Source: Dehalococcoidia bacterium
GTDB lineage: Bacteria > Chloroflexota > Dehalococcoidia > Lucifugimonadales > SHYT01
Assembly: GCA_009692665.1 (NCBI GenBank)
Contig: SHYT01000008.1
Coordinates: forward strand, 14,764-78,763
DNA: 64,000 bases
Direction of reading: 5' to 3'
Position numbers and translations under genes: made by a program. The notes beneath the pieces are model-generated. The model was not told the origin of the DNA, did not search any database, and saw only the letters and a program-made list of their open reading frames with translations. Below, one piece after another: positions 47,419 through 55,414 of the stretch; the stretch's first letter is position 1, and each line of letters opens with the position of its first letter.

Positions 47419-48576
47419 ATGTTTTTTGACCTAACGGACGAACAGAAAGCTATTAAGAAAGCGGCAAGGGACATGCTGGAGATCGAATGTCCCAGGTCCT
47501 ACGTCCGCGCCATGATGGACGATGCCCGTGGGTATCAGCCGGAGCTTTGGAAGAAGATGGCGGATCTGGGCTGGATGGGCCTGGCTCTACCGGAACGCTA
47601 CGGTGGAGCAGGGCTGGAGTTCTTGTCGCTCACTGGTCTCATCGAAGAAATGGGGCGATTCTTGTTGCCAGGGCCTTTTGTCTCCACGGTTGTTGGTGGT
47701 GGACTAACACTGGCGGCGGCGGGCAGCCCTGTACAACAGGAGAGCATTCTGCCCAAGCTCGTCAGAGGAGACCTGCTGATGACGCTGGCCGTAGGCACAG
47801 ATCACGGCCGGTTGGATGCGGGGGGGGTACAGAATTCTGCAGTCCGGCAGGGAGACGGGTTTGTCTTGAATGGCATCGTTCGTTTGGTGCCGGACGCACA
47901 GACAGCAGACATAATTCTTCTTGCAGCCCGCACCAGCCAACAACATGAGGAAGGATTGACATTATTCCTTGTGGATGCGAAGGCCCCTGGACTGTCAGTG
48001 CATCCGCAGTACACTACCGATGGGCGCAAAGTCGCCAACTTGGAATTCTCTAGCGTTCGAGTGCCTTCCACCGCAGTGGTTGGGCGGGTAGATGGTGCCT
48101 GGCCGATAATAGCGGCAGCCCAGCGCCGGCTCACTCTATCTTTATGCGCGGAGGCTGTTGGGGGCGCAGGTATGGCTATGGAAATAAGTGTGGAATATGC
48201 CAAAACCCGAGTGGCATTCGGACGTCCCATTGGCATGTTCCAGGCGATTAAGCACAAGTGCGCCAACATGTTAGTGCAGGTTGAATCAGGACGGTTTCTA
48301 CTGTATTATGCGGCGTGGTTGCTGCAAGAAGGTGCTTCGGAGGCACCAGAGGCGGTGGCTGTGGCGAAGGCTTGGTGTGGCGATTCGTACACCAAAGTTG
48401 CTTCAGATGGTATCCAGGTGCATGGGGGGATTGGCATGACATGGGAACATGACATGCACCTGTTTCTCAAGCGCGCAAAGGTAATCGAATTGTCGTCGGG
48501 GGATTCTGATTACCACGCTGAGCACATCGCTAAGGAGCTCGAGCGCCGTGCAACGGCAATATCGAGTGCGAGATAG
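47419..48576 (+). CDS. Acyl-CoA dehydrogenase-fold protein (divergent; lacks the YEGT catalytic-base motif)
   Basis: ACAD-like throughout (ALPERYGGAG, FQAIKHKCANM), but the C-terminus reads VIELSSGDSDYHAEHIA instead of I-Y-E-G-T-S-E-I. Starts 31 nt after the preceding ACAD. Confidence 0.8.
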   Translation: MFFDLTDEQKAIKKAARDMLEIECPRSYVRAMMDDARGYQPELWKKMADLGWMGLALPERYGGAGLEFLSLTGLIEEMGRFLLPGPFVSTVVGGGLTLAAAGSPVQQESILPKLVRGDLLMTLAVGTDHGRLDAGGVQNSAVRQGDGFVLNGIVRLVPDAQTADIILLAARTSQQHEEGLTLFLVDAKAPGLSVHPQYTTDGRKVANLEFSSVRVPSTAVVGRVDGAWPIIAAAQRRLTLSLCAEAVGGAGMAMEISVEYAKTRVAFGRPIGMFQAIKHKCANMLVQVESGRFLLYYAAWLLQEGASEAPEAVAVAKAWCGDSYTKVASDGIQVHGGIGMTWEHDMHLFLKRAKVIELSSGDSDYHAEHIAKELERRATAISSAR

Positions 48577-48721
48577 GCTCAAGAGTAATCGGCTGTGGTC
48601 ATATAGGGTGTCTGGCATAATGGCCAGAGGGTGCTTTTACCGGTAATGAGCTTCCTTTTCCAGTGGGGAAGCGGGAAACAAGCGGCAGCAAAGATAACTG
48701 AGATGTGTCCAGGAGGGTTGC

Positions 48722-49603
48722 GTGCAGGCATTTGAGTATGTAAGCGCAAAGTCGGTAGGGGAGGCGGTTGGCGTCCTGTCTCAGCATGGTGAAGGGGCTC
48801 GCCTTATGGCGGGTGGGACAGATGTATTGGTACAGCTCCGGGCAGGGCGGCGCCCTCAGGTCAAGGTGTTGGTCGATGTCAAAGGTATCGGCGAGCTCAA
48901 CGAGCTTTCCTACAATGACCGTCAGGGCCTTATCATCGGGGCTGCCGTGCCTTGCTATCGCATCTACGAAGATCCCACGGTCATTAAGAGGTATCCAGGC
49001 ATCGTGGACTCCGCCTCAATTATTGGAAGTGTTCAAATCCAGGGCCGCGCATCGTTGGGCGGCAATATCTGCAATGCTACGCCCAGTGCAGATGGCATTC
49101 CCCCGCTCATTGCGTTGGGCGCGGTGTGTATCATAGCTGGCCCAAACAATAGTCGGCGGGAACTGCCTTTGGAGCAATTGTTTGCTGGACCTGGCCGCAC
49201 GACACTGCAGAACGGAGAGATGCTTATCTCCGTCAGGGTGCCGCCGCCGCCAGCCAACTCTGGAGCGCAATATCTGCGCTTTACACCTCGCAACGAAATG
49301 GATATCGCTGTTGCTGGAGTTGGTGCAGCTATCACTTTGAATGCCGCAAAGAACACGTTCGTATCTGGGCGCGTGGTTCTGGCTGCCGTTGCGCCTATAC
49401 CGCTGTTGGTGCCTGCCGCGGGCCAGGCGTTGGCTGGCAAGCCGGTGAACGATGAGACCATTGGCAAAGCGGCGGAAGCTGCGGTAGCAGCAGCGGTTCC
49501 GATTACTGACATGCGTGGCACTATTGAATACCGCAAGCACCTGGTAGGGGTACTGACCCGCCGGGCTCTCCAAGGTGCAATTCAAAGGGCGAAGGGGGTA
49601 TAG
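48722..49603 (+). CDS. Molybdenum hydroxylase FAD-binding (medium, CoxM/XdhB-like) subunit
   Basis: FEYVSAKSVGEAVGVL...LMAGGTDVLVQLR and GGNICNATPSADG match the FAD_binding_5 pattern. GTG start after AGGAGGG. Confidence 0.85.
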   Translation: MQAFEYVSAKSVGEAVGVLSQHGEGARLMAGGTDVLVQLRAGRRPQVKVLVDVKGIGELNELSYNDRQGLIIGAAVPCYRIYEDPTVIKRYPGIVDSASIIGSVQIQGRASLGGNICNATPSADGIPPLIALGAVCIIAGPNNSRRELPLEQLFAGPGRTTLQNGEMLISVRVPPPPANSGAQYLRFTPRNEMDIAVAGVGAAITLNAAKNTFVSGRVVLAAVAPIPLLVPAAGQALAGKPVNDETIGKAAEAAVAAAVPITDMRGTIEYRKHLVGVLTRRALQGAIQRAKGV

Positions 49604-49607
49604 TCAC

Positions 49608-50093
49608 GTGGCTGATAAAGTTCGAGTGCAATCAACTATCAATGAGGAAACCGTTGATTTTCTGTGCGAGCCTCGCCAGAGCTTGCTGGAGACGCTCCGG
49701 GATGTCTTGGGCATGACCGGTACCAAGGAAGGCTGCAACGACGGTAACTGCGGTGCTTGCACCGTCATTATTGATGGCAGAATGGTAACCTCATGCTTGG
49801 TGCTGGGGGTTGAAGCAAGCGGCAAGAAGATTGAGACCATTGAAGGCGTGTCTCAGCCGGATCATTTGCACCCCATTCAGCAGGCGTTCTTGGAAGGCGC
49901 AGCTCTGCAATGCGGCATTTGCACACCTGGCTTTATCATGGCGTCAAAGGCGCTGTTGCAGGTTGAGCCAAAGCCGTCGGAAGAGCGTATTCGCCTGTGG
50001 CTGGCTGGTAACCTCTGCCGCTGCACGGGCTACGACAAAATTGTCCGCTCTGTACAGAGCGCCGCCACTAAAATGAGTGGAGAGCGTAGGTAG
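49608..50093 (+). CDS. Molybdenum hydroxylase [2Fe-2S] (small, CoxS/XdhC-like) subunit
   Basis: GCNDGNCGACTV and CGICTPGF...CRCTGY cysteine clusters. GTG 49608 follows AAGGGGG, 4 nt after the medium-subunit stop. Confidence 0.9.
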   Translation: MADKVRVQSTINEETVDFLCEPRQSLLETLRDVLGMTGTKEGCNDGNCGACTVIIDGRMVTSCLVLGVEASGKKIETIEGVSQPDHLHPIQQAFLEGAALQCGICTPGFIMASKALLQVEPKPSEERIRLWLAGNLCRCTGYDKIVRSVQSAATKMSGERR

Positions 50094-50171
50094 GTTCTAA
50101 CTTGTGTTGTGGCAAACCGGAAACGAACCACGGAACAAAGGTTCACGCTGAGCCTTAGCAAGAAGTGGGTC

Positions 50172-50459
50172 ATGGCAGATGTCTGGATTCCGCCCATCAT
50201 GCAGCAGTGGACAGGCGGAGCGAAGCGCGTCCAGGTGTCAGGTGCTAGTATTCGGCAGATTATTGACAATTTGGAGCGACTCTATCCAGGTATTGCCGAG
50301 CATTTATATGAGGTTGACGAGGACAGACTAATGCCCGGCCTCGCCGTGTTTGTGGACGGCGAGGCCGCTACTCTTGGTCTCATGGAATCCGTCAAAGAAA
50401 ATGGTGAAGTCCACTTTCTTCCCGCTATTGGTGGCGGGGCAACCGCCCACAAGCGCTAA
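50172..50459 (+). CDS. MoaD/ThiS-family ubiquitin-like sulfur-carrier protein with C-terminal extension past Gly-Gly
   Basis: MADVWIPPIMQQWTGGAKRVQVSG...GEVHFLPAIGGG follows the ThiS/MoaD beta-grasp pattern but continues ATAHKR before the stop. The start is uncertain; the longest ORF starts at 50109. Confidence 0.65.
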   Translation: MADVWIPPIMQQWTGGAKRVQVSGASIRQIIDNLERLYPGIAEHLYEVDEDRLMPGLAVFVDGEAATLGLMESVKENGEVHFLPAIGGGATAHKR

Positions 50460-50575
50460 CCAATGGAACGCCAAAATTCTTAGGATATCTATCTCATCCA
50501 CACCTTCCGCACGCTGGGCTTTCGGATCAGTTCCCAGAGGATGTTACCCTTTCAAACAGCCGCCAATATTGACCC

Positions 50576-50609
50576 TTGACATACTATCATCTATGTGCTA
50601 ACTTCACAT
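50576..50609 (+). promoter_or_regulatory. Candidate PadR promoter (TTGACA-17-TAACTT) with ATGT-N9-ACAT inverted repeat
   Basis: TTGACA at 50576-50581, TAACTT at 50599-50604. The IR ATGTG/CACAT at 50593-50597 and 50605-50609 overlaps the -10. The start codon lies only about 10 nt downstream. Confidence 0.4.
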
Positions 50610-50614
50610 ACGTG

Positions 50615-51106
50615 ATGAACGATAAACAACAGAAGGCACGAAGAGGCACTCGCTCCTCTACTCAAGGCTCCAGTTCGCCTATGGGCATGTTCACCTTGAA
50701 TGAGATGCCCAAGTCGTTTCTAGAAGCATGGCTGCTTCTGATGCTTAGGACCTGGGGCGGGCACGGATATGCGCTTGCGGAAAACATGACTCGGATGGGG
50801 TTCTTTGGCATAGACCACACTCGTATCTATCGCCAGCTTCGCGATTTGGAAAAGCGTGGGTTTCTGCTATCTAGTTGGGAGGCGGCTTCTTTTGGTCCAG
50901 CAAAACGCGTCTACAAAGTTACCGCCGCAGGTGAGCAGTTCCTGTCGGTGTGGGCTCACACGCTACAAGGCTACAGCAAGATGATGGAGGCGTTCACCTC
51001 CATGTACACCGGTGCGTTCAGCGCTCCACCTACCCGGGGCCGAACCCAGGAGGGGAGCGCGGACCAAAAGGGCAAAGAAAAGCAGGAGGATACTACACAT
51101 GGCTAA
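50615..51106 (+). CDS. PadR-family transcriptional regulator
   Basis: LLLMLRTWGGHGYALAENM...IYRQLRDLEKRGFLLSSWE...KRVYKVTAAGEQFL matches the winged-helix PadR pattern. ATG 50615, with GTG 50612 as an alternative. Confidence 0.8.
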   Translation: MNDKQQKARRGTRSSTQGSSSPMGMFTLNEMPKSFLEAWLLLMLRTWGGHGYALAENMTRMGFFGIDHTRIYRQLRDLEKRGFLLSSWEAASFGPAKRVYKVTAAGEQFLSVWAHTLQGYSKMMEAFTSMYTGAFSAPPTRGRTQEGSADQKGKEKQEDTTHG

Positions 51107-51112
51107 CGCTAA

Positions 51113-51424
51113 CTCGAACGGGCACCCATCTATGACTGGATTTTTGGCATAAGCCTCATATCTGCTGTCATCAGCACACAACTCCTACCACAGAGCATAC
51201 CCGTGTATCTTGTACAGTCAATTCGCTTTCTGAAGCCCGTCTTCATCGGCGATATCATCACGACGACCTGTGAGATCAAGGAAGTGCAGGCTGACCGTCC
51301 GGTCATGGTTATTGCCTGTCGGTGCAAGAATCAGCGGGGAGAAGAGGTTATGACTGGCGAAGCCTCCGTCCTTGTCGACTCGTATCCATTCGTCCCACGT
51401 TCCCGCGCTCCCAAACAGGTGTAA
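51113..51424 (+). pseudogene. N-terminally truncated MaoC hot-dog fragment
   Basis: The frame opens at a TAA 4 nt after the padR stop. It encodes ...GISLISAVISTQLLPQSIPVYLVQSIRFLKPVFIGDIITTTCEIKEV, the C-terminal two-thirds of a MaoC dehydratase. The D-x-N-P-x-H region is absent. Confidence 0.6.
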
Positions 51425-51660
51425 CAAGTGGGGGTAGCCGCCTAACCACCAAGCACAGCCCCGGTTAGAGTAGCAGCTATTTGGCCTTCCCACTGGAAAT
51501 ACAAGGACTCCTGCGGCTCATCTAGCCAGGAGTCTTTGTGTTTGTTAGGACTCTTGCAGTATTTCTCAAACGCCCATCTTTCGTACTTGTGCGACTCCAA
51601 CCTGGAACAAAGACGGGCGAAATCAGTACACTGTGTTTAGTTAGGACTAAGAGGACATGC

Positions 51661-52371
51661 ATGGTTGACGAACAAACGATCGTTGCGAACCTGAAGCGGG
51701 TTCGAGACAGGATGCAACTGGCGTGCGAAAAAGCTGGGCGTGACCCGGCTGGGGTTGCCCTCCTCCTGGCAACTAAGACAGTGCCTGCGGACGTGATTGC
51801 CGTGGCTGTGAAAGCGGGAGCAAACCTTCTTGCTGAGAACCAGGCCCAGGAGTTTGTGCAGAAGCGGCCTTTGCTGGCCGGCCTCCCCATTACCTGGCAC
51901 TTCATTGGCCACCTCCAGACGAACAAGGTTAGGAGCCTCGTACCGCATGTTGCGTGCATCCAGTCTGTGGACCGGCTATCACTTGTTGCGGAGTTGCACA
52001 AACAGATGAGTAACCGAGGCTTGATTCAGGACGTTCTCATTGAGGTGAACACCTCGGGCGCTGCGAGCAAGCAGGGGGTTGCACCAGCCGAAGCACTGGC
52101 CTTTGTGCGCGATGTCGCCCGCTACACGTCACTGCGCGTGCAGGGCTTAATGACTATTGGCCCGCTGACTGCGGATACGTCCACGGTCAGGGATAGCTTT
52201 CGCACGCTCCGAGAGCTTGGTAGTACCATCCAGCAGGAAGGGCTAGAAGGCGTGCAGATGAAAGAGCTTTCAATGGGCATGTCCGGCGACTTTGAACTTG
52301 CGATTGCAGAGGGCGCTACGATAGTTCGGGTTGGCACGGCGGTGTTTGGCCACCGTCCGCTACCTGCTTGA
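51661..52371 (+). CDS. yggS: YggS-family pyridoxal-phosphate homeostasis protein
   Basis: LLATKTVPADVI (PLP Lys), WHFIGHLQTNKV, VNTSGAASKQGV and LSMGMSGDFELAIAEGATIVRVGTAVFG. ATG 51661 follows AAGAGGA. Confidence 0.85.
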   Translation: MVDEQTIVANLKRVRDRMQLACEKAGRDPAGVALLLATKTVPADVIAVAVKAGANLLAENQAQEFVQKRPLLAGLPITWHFIGHLQTNKVRSLVPHVACIQSVDRLSLVAELHKQMSNRGLIQDVLIEVNTSGAASKQGVAPAEALAFVRDVARYTSLRVQGLMTIGPLTADTSTVRDSFRTLRELGSTIQQEGLEGVQMKELSMGMSGDFELAIAEGATIVRVGTAVFGHRPLPA

Positions 52372-52533
52372 TGGCCCGCCGCCGCGTTATCTGCATCCCC
52401 AGCCGTATTCCGTTCTGTTAACGCCCCTGATCCCGATCATTGGAGCGCAGGTATATCATAGGTGCCATTGGTGTGCGGCTACGCCTGCGTGGCTTCATGC
52501 TCGGCTACCGGGTCAAAAACATCGGAGGGATCT

Positions 52534-53871
52534 GTGGCTATAAGCGTGTCAACCCACAAGCCTGGAAAGATTTTCTACGGCTGGTGGGTCATTTGGGTAA
52601 TCGTTATTGGTGCATTCTTCTCCGCTGCTCTTTCACAGGTCTTCACCGGCGCCATGCTTCCAGCCATAGCCAGCGACACGGGGTGGAGCCGAGCTTCCAT
52701 CACCTATGCCGTCAGCTTGGGGAGCATCATGGCGGGCCTAGTTGCCCCATTTTTCGGTCGCTTGGCCGACATTCACGGCTCGCGGATGCTCTCTGTAGTT
52801 GGTCTGCTTGTTGCCGCCGCAGCGATGGTTGCAGTTGCGTACAGCGCGGCGTTTGGTATCGTCGTTTTCTACGGGGCCTATATTATTGGCCGCGCCATAT
52901 CCCAAAACTGTCTGAGCGGCGTAGTGCCAAGAACTGCCGTTGTCAACTGGTTCCGCCGCATGCGCGGCAGGGCCATGGGCTTCACCCAAATGGCGCTGCC
53001 GCTGGGCAGTGCCATCATGTTTCCCATTTTTCAGGTAGCTATGGGCAGAGGCCTTACCTGGAAGAGCGTGTTTCTGATATTGAGCTTGTGCATGCTGGCA
53101 ATTGTGCCGCTTGCTGTTCTTGTCTTGCGCCGTCGCCCGGAAGACATGGGCCTGCTGCCAGATGGCGACGACGCGCTGGCGGGTGCCCAGCCGTCCGCGA
53201 AGCCTGCGAAGCAACACCGGCAGGGTGATGTAGAGCACAACTACACCCTGAAGCAGGCCGCCCGCACGCGCTCGTTCTGGATGCTGAACGCTGCGCTCTC
53301 GCTGGGGGTCTGTGCCAATGGCGCGCTCAGCTTTCACCAGGTGGCCTACTTCATGGACAAGGGACTGGCGGCTGCAATGGCGGCGACGGCCCTGAGTGTG
53401 TACGCCCTGTCCGGTGCCCTTGCGAATGGCATCTGGGGGTTCCTGGTTGAGCGGATGTCCGAGCGTGTGATTGCGGCCTTCACCGTCCTGTGCGCCGGTC
53501 TTATTACATTCTTCCTGCTCATGGTTGATACGCCGGCAGAGGCTATCCTTTTTGCTGCCCTGTTCGGGTTGGCTGCACGGGGCGAATCGTCGCTTATTCT
53601 CATGATGCAGGCTGAGTACTATGGAAGGAACTCCTTTGGCGCCATCTCCGGTTTTTCCACCCCGTTTCAACAGATTGCGCTGGGGCTGGGGCCCACCGTT
53701 GCGGTGATCCCCTACCAGTTAACGGGGTCATATACGGTGCCTTTTGTTGCGTTTGGGTTCATGTACGTTGTTGCGGCGACGCTGATCTGGTTTGCTAAGA
53801 AACCTGGGCCACCACCAGCAGAGACTTCTCCTATCGGTGGGTTAGCAGGTATTGGCAGTGTGCCTGCGTAG
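52534..53871 (+). CDS. MFS transporter (oxalate/formate antiporter-like)
   Basis: About 12 hydrophobic helices and an MFS motif A FFGRLADIHGSRM. GTG 52534 lies 5 nt after GGAGG; the longest ORF starts at 52462. Confidence 0.8.
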   Translation: MAISVSTHKPGKIFYGWWVIWVIVIGAFFSAALSQVFTGAMLPAIASDTGWSRASITYAVSLGSIMAGLVAPFFGRLADIHGSRMLSVVGLLVAAAAMVAVAYSAAFGIVVFYGAYIIGRAISQNCLSGVVPRTAVVNWFRRMRGRAMGFTQMALPLGSAIMFPIFQVAMGRGLTWKSVFLILSLCMLAIVPLAVLVLRRRPEDMGLLPDGDDALAGAQPSAKPAKQHRQGDVEHNYTLKQAARTRSFWMLNAALSLGVCANGALSFHQVAYFMDKGLAAAMAATALSVYALSGALANGIWGFLVERMSERVIAAFTVLCAGLITFFLLMVDTPAEAILFAALFGLAARGESSLILMMQAEYYGRNSFGAISGFSTPFQQIALGLGPTVAVIPYQLTGSYTVPFVAFGFMYVVAATLIWFAKKPGPPPAETSPIGGLAGIGSVPA

Positions 53872-54103
53872 ACAGTATCCCTTCGAGCTTGCCCTGCCGT
53901 TCGACAGTGGATTGCTTGGGCGGCTTCATACCGTAAGCAGTATTTCGCCGCGAGTGGTGTGAAGCAAGGGGTAGGTGTCCCGACAAACTGCTGCGTCTGG
54001 CCATGGCCGTATGCACTCCTACGCGCTTGGGGCTACAGCTAGGACAGCCAGGAGAAGGAGAAAGCGTAGCTTTCTCCTCGTGCTTACGTTTTACTCGGGC
54101 CAT

Positions 54104-54301
54104 TTACTTGGCCGGGCGGCGGTGTGTTTTGGCGACCCGGCGGGTGGCTGCGCGCTTTTTGGGAGCGCGGTCTCGCTGGCCAATGGAGGCCTGGATGAAC
54201 TGCAAAACACTCTGCAAGGCCTGCAGCGTCACTGGTTTGACCAGGTGGAAGTCGAACCCCGCCTCCCGCGAGCGGCGCAGGTCTTCGGTTGGCCGAAGCA
54301 C
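54104..54301 (-). pseudogene. Remnant of a response-regulator receiver domain (C-terminal end only)
   Basis: REAGFDFHLVKPVTLQALQSVL matches the alpha4-beta5 (aGfd.hl.KPv) end of receiver domains. There is no phospho-acceptor Asp region and the frame is closed by a stop at 54425. Confidence 0.4.
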
Positions 54302-54447
54302 TGGGGTGGGTTTCTTACTCCTATATTTCCCCTTGAAGAGTGGCAGCGGACGTGCGGGCTTAACGCAAGTCGGCTCAACGCCTGAGAGAGTCGAGAACTT
54401 CCCGTAGCAACCGCGCGTATCAGTCTATTCGCGGCTGCTGTGTTGGT

Positions 54448-54524
54448 GAGACGATAACGTTGTTGAGACTATGCAATTTCTTTGTCGTGTGTGAGCGTTC
54501 ATCGGCAAGAGACGATAACGTTGT
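54448..54524 (+). repeat. Two perfect 16-nt direct repeats GAGACGATAACGTTGT
   Basis: Copies at 54448-54463 and 54509-54524, 61 nt start to start. They lie between the receiver remnant and the zinc-ribbon ORF. Confidence 0.7.
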
Positions 54525-54556
54525 CGGCCCACAAGAAGTAGTGTATGCTATTGCCC

Positions 54557-55006
54557 ATGAACAAGATCGACGCCTCGTCTTTGGGCAGGATGCTGGCTGC
54601 ACGGCGGCAGCGCCGTGGGAGCGTGTGCCCGGTCTGCGGCGCCGGCTTCAGCGCGTTTGGGCGCCAGAAGTATGACCGGCCTGCTTGCAGGAAGCGCGCT
54701 TTTCGGATGAAAGCGCAATTGCTTGCCGAAGGTACAGCGAAGCGGCGGTCAGGGGTTCAGCGGAAGGCGCGTGCCGGCAAGAAGGCTGCCGCCTCAATTC
54801 AGAAGGCACAACAGCCCCCATCAGCGAACGTTCCCCAGAGGCTGGTCTGGAGGCTCTGGGTTCGGGATCCACAGAACTGGCAATTCAGGTCCGATGGGAC
54901 AACGCACTTCATTAATCCGGAGACGCATTACGTGCAACCTGGACTGCGCTGTCCGCCTTCGGTGCTGAGAGTGCTTATCATGCGGGGAGTGGAGAAGCGA
55001 CGGTGA
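54557..55006 (+). CDS. Hypothetical protein with CxxC...C zinc-ribbon-like N-terminus and basic linker
   Basis: CPVCGAGFSAFGRQKYDRPACRKRAFR, then a Lys/Arg/Ala-rich stretch. No family recognised. ATG at 54545 or 54557. Confidence 0.35.
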   Translation: MNKIDASSLGRMLAARRQRRGSVCPVCGAGFSAFGRQKYDRPACRKRAFRMKAQLLAEGTAKRRSGVQRKARAGKKAAASIQKAQQPPSANVPQRLVWRLWVRDPQNWQFRSDGTTHFINPETHYVQPGLRCPPSVLRVLIMRGVEKRR

Positions 55007-55414
55007 AGTCTGCTTGGCACGTGCGGGGAACATACAGCGTATGACTGGGCTTTTGCTGTCAGGCCGCCTGCCGCAACTTTACCGCAAGGTCGGCTTTGAA
55101 AAGACGAAGCAGCGAGCCTTGTGGCGGAATTGCTAGAAGGCAAAGGTATCCAGATGCCGCCCCAACAGCAAGTCAGTACCACGTTCAAGAAGGCACCACG
55201 GGCAAAGGAACCAAAGGTGGAAACCTTAGCAATGCCGCTCGACGGGTAGCCGGACTTTTGCATCAGACCTCCGACATTTGCATCAAGACCGACTTATTCA
55301 GCAAAGCCCACGATACGCAAACATTCGTCATACTCAAGGCACTCCACAACGAAATCCTTCAGTGAATACAATGGGTAGTGCTATGGCTAATCGAACGTTA
55401 GGTTAGGGGGGAAC

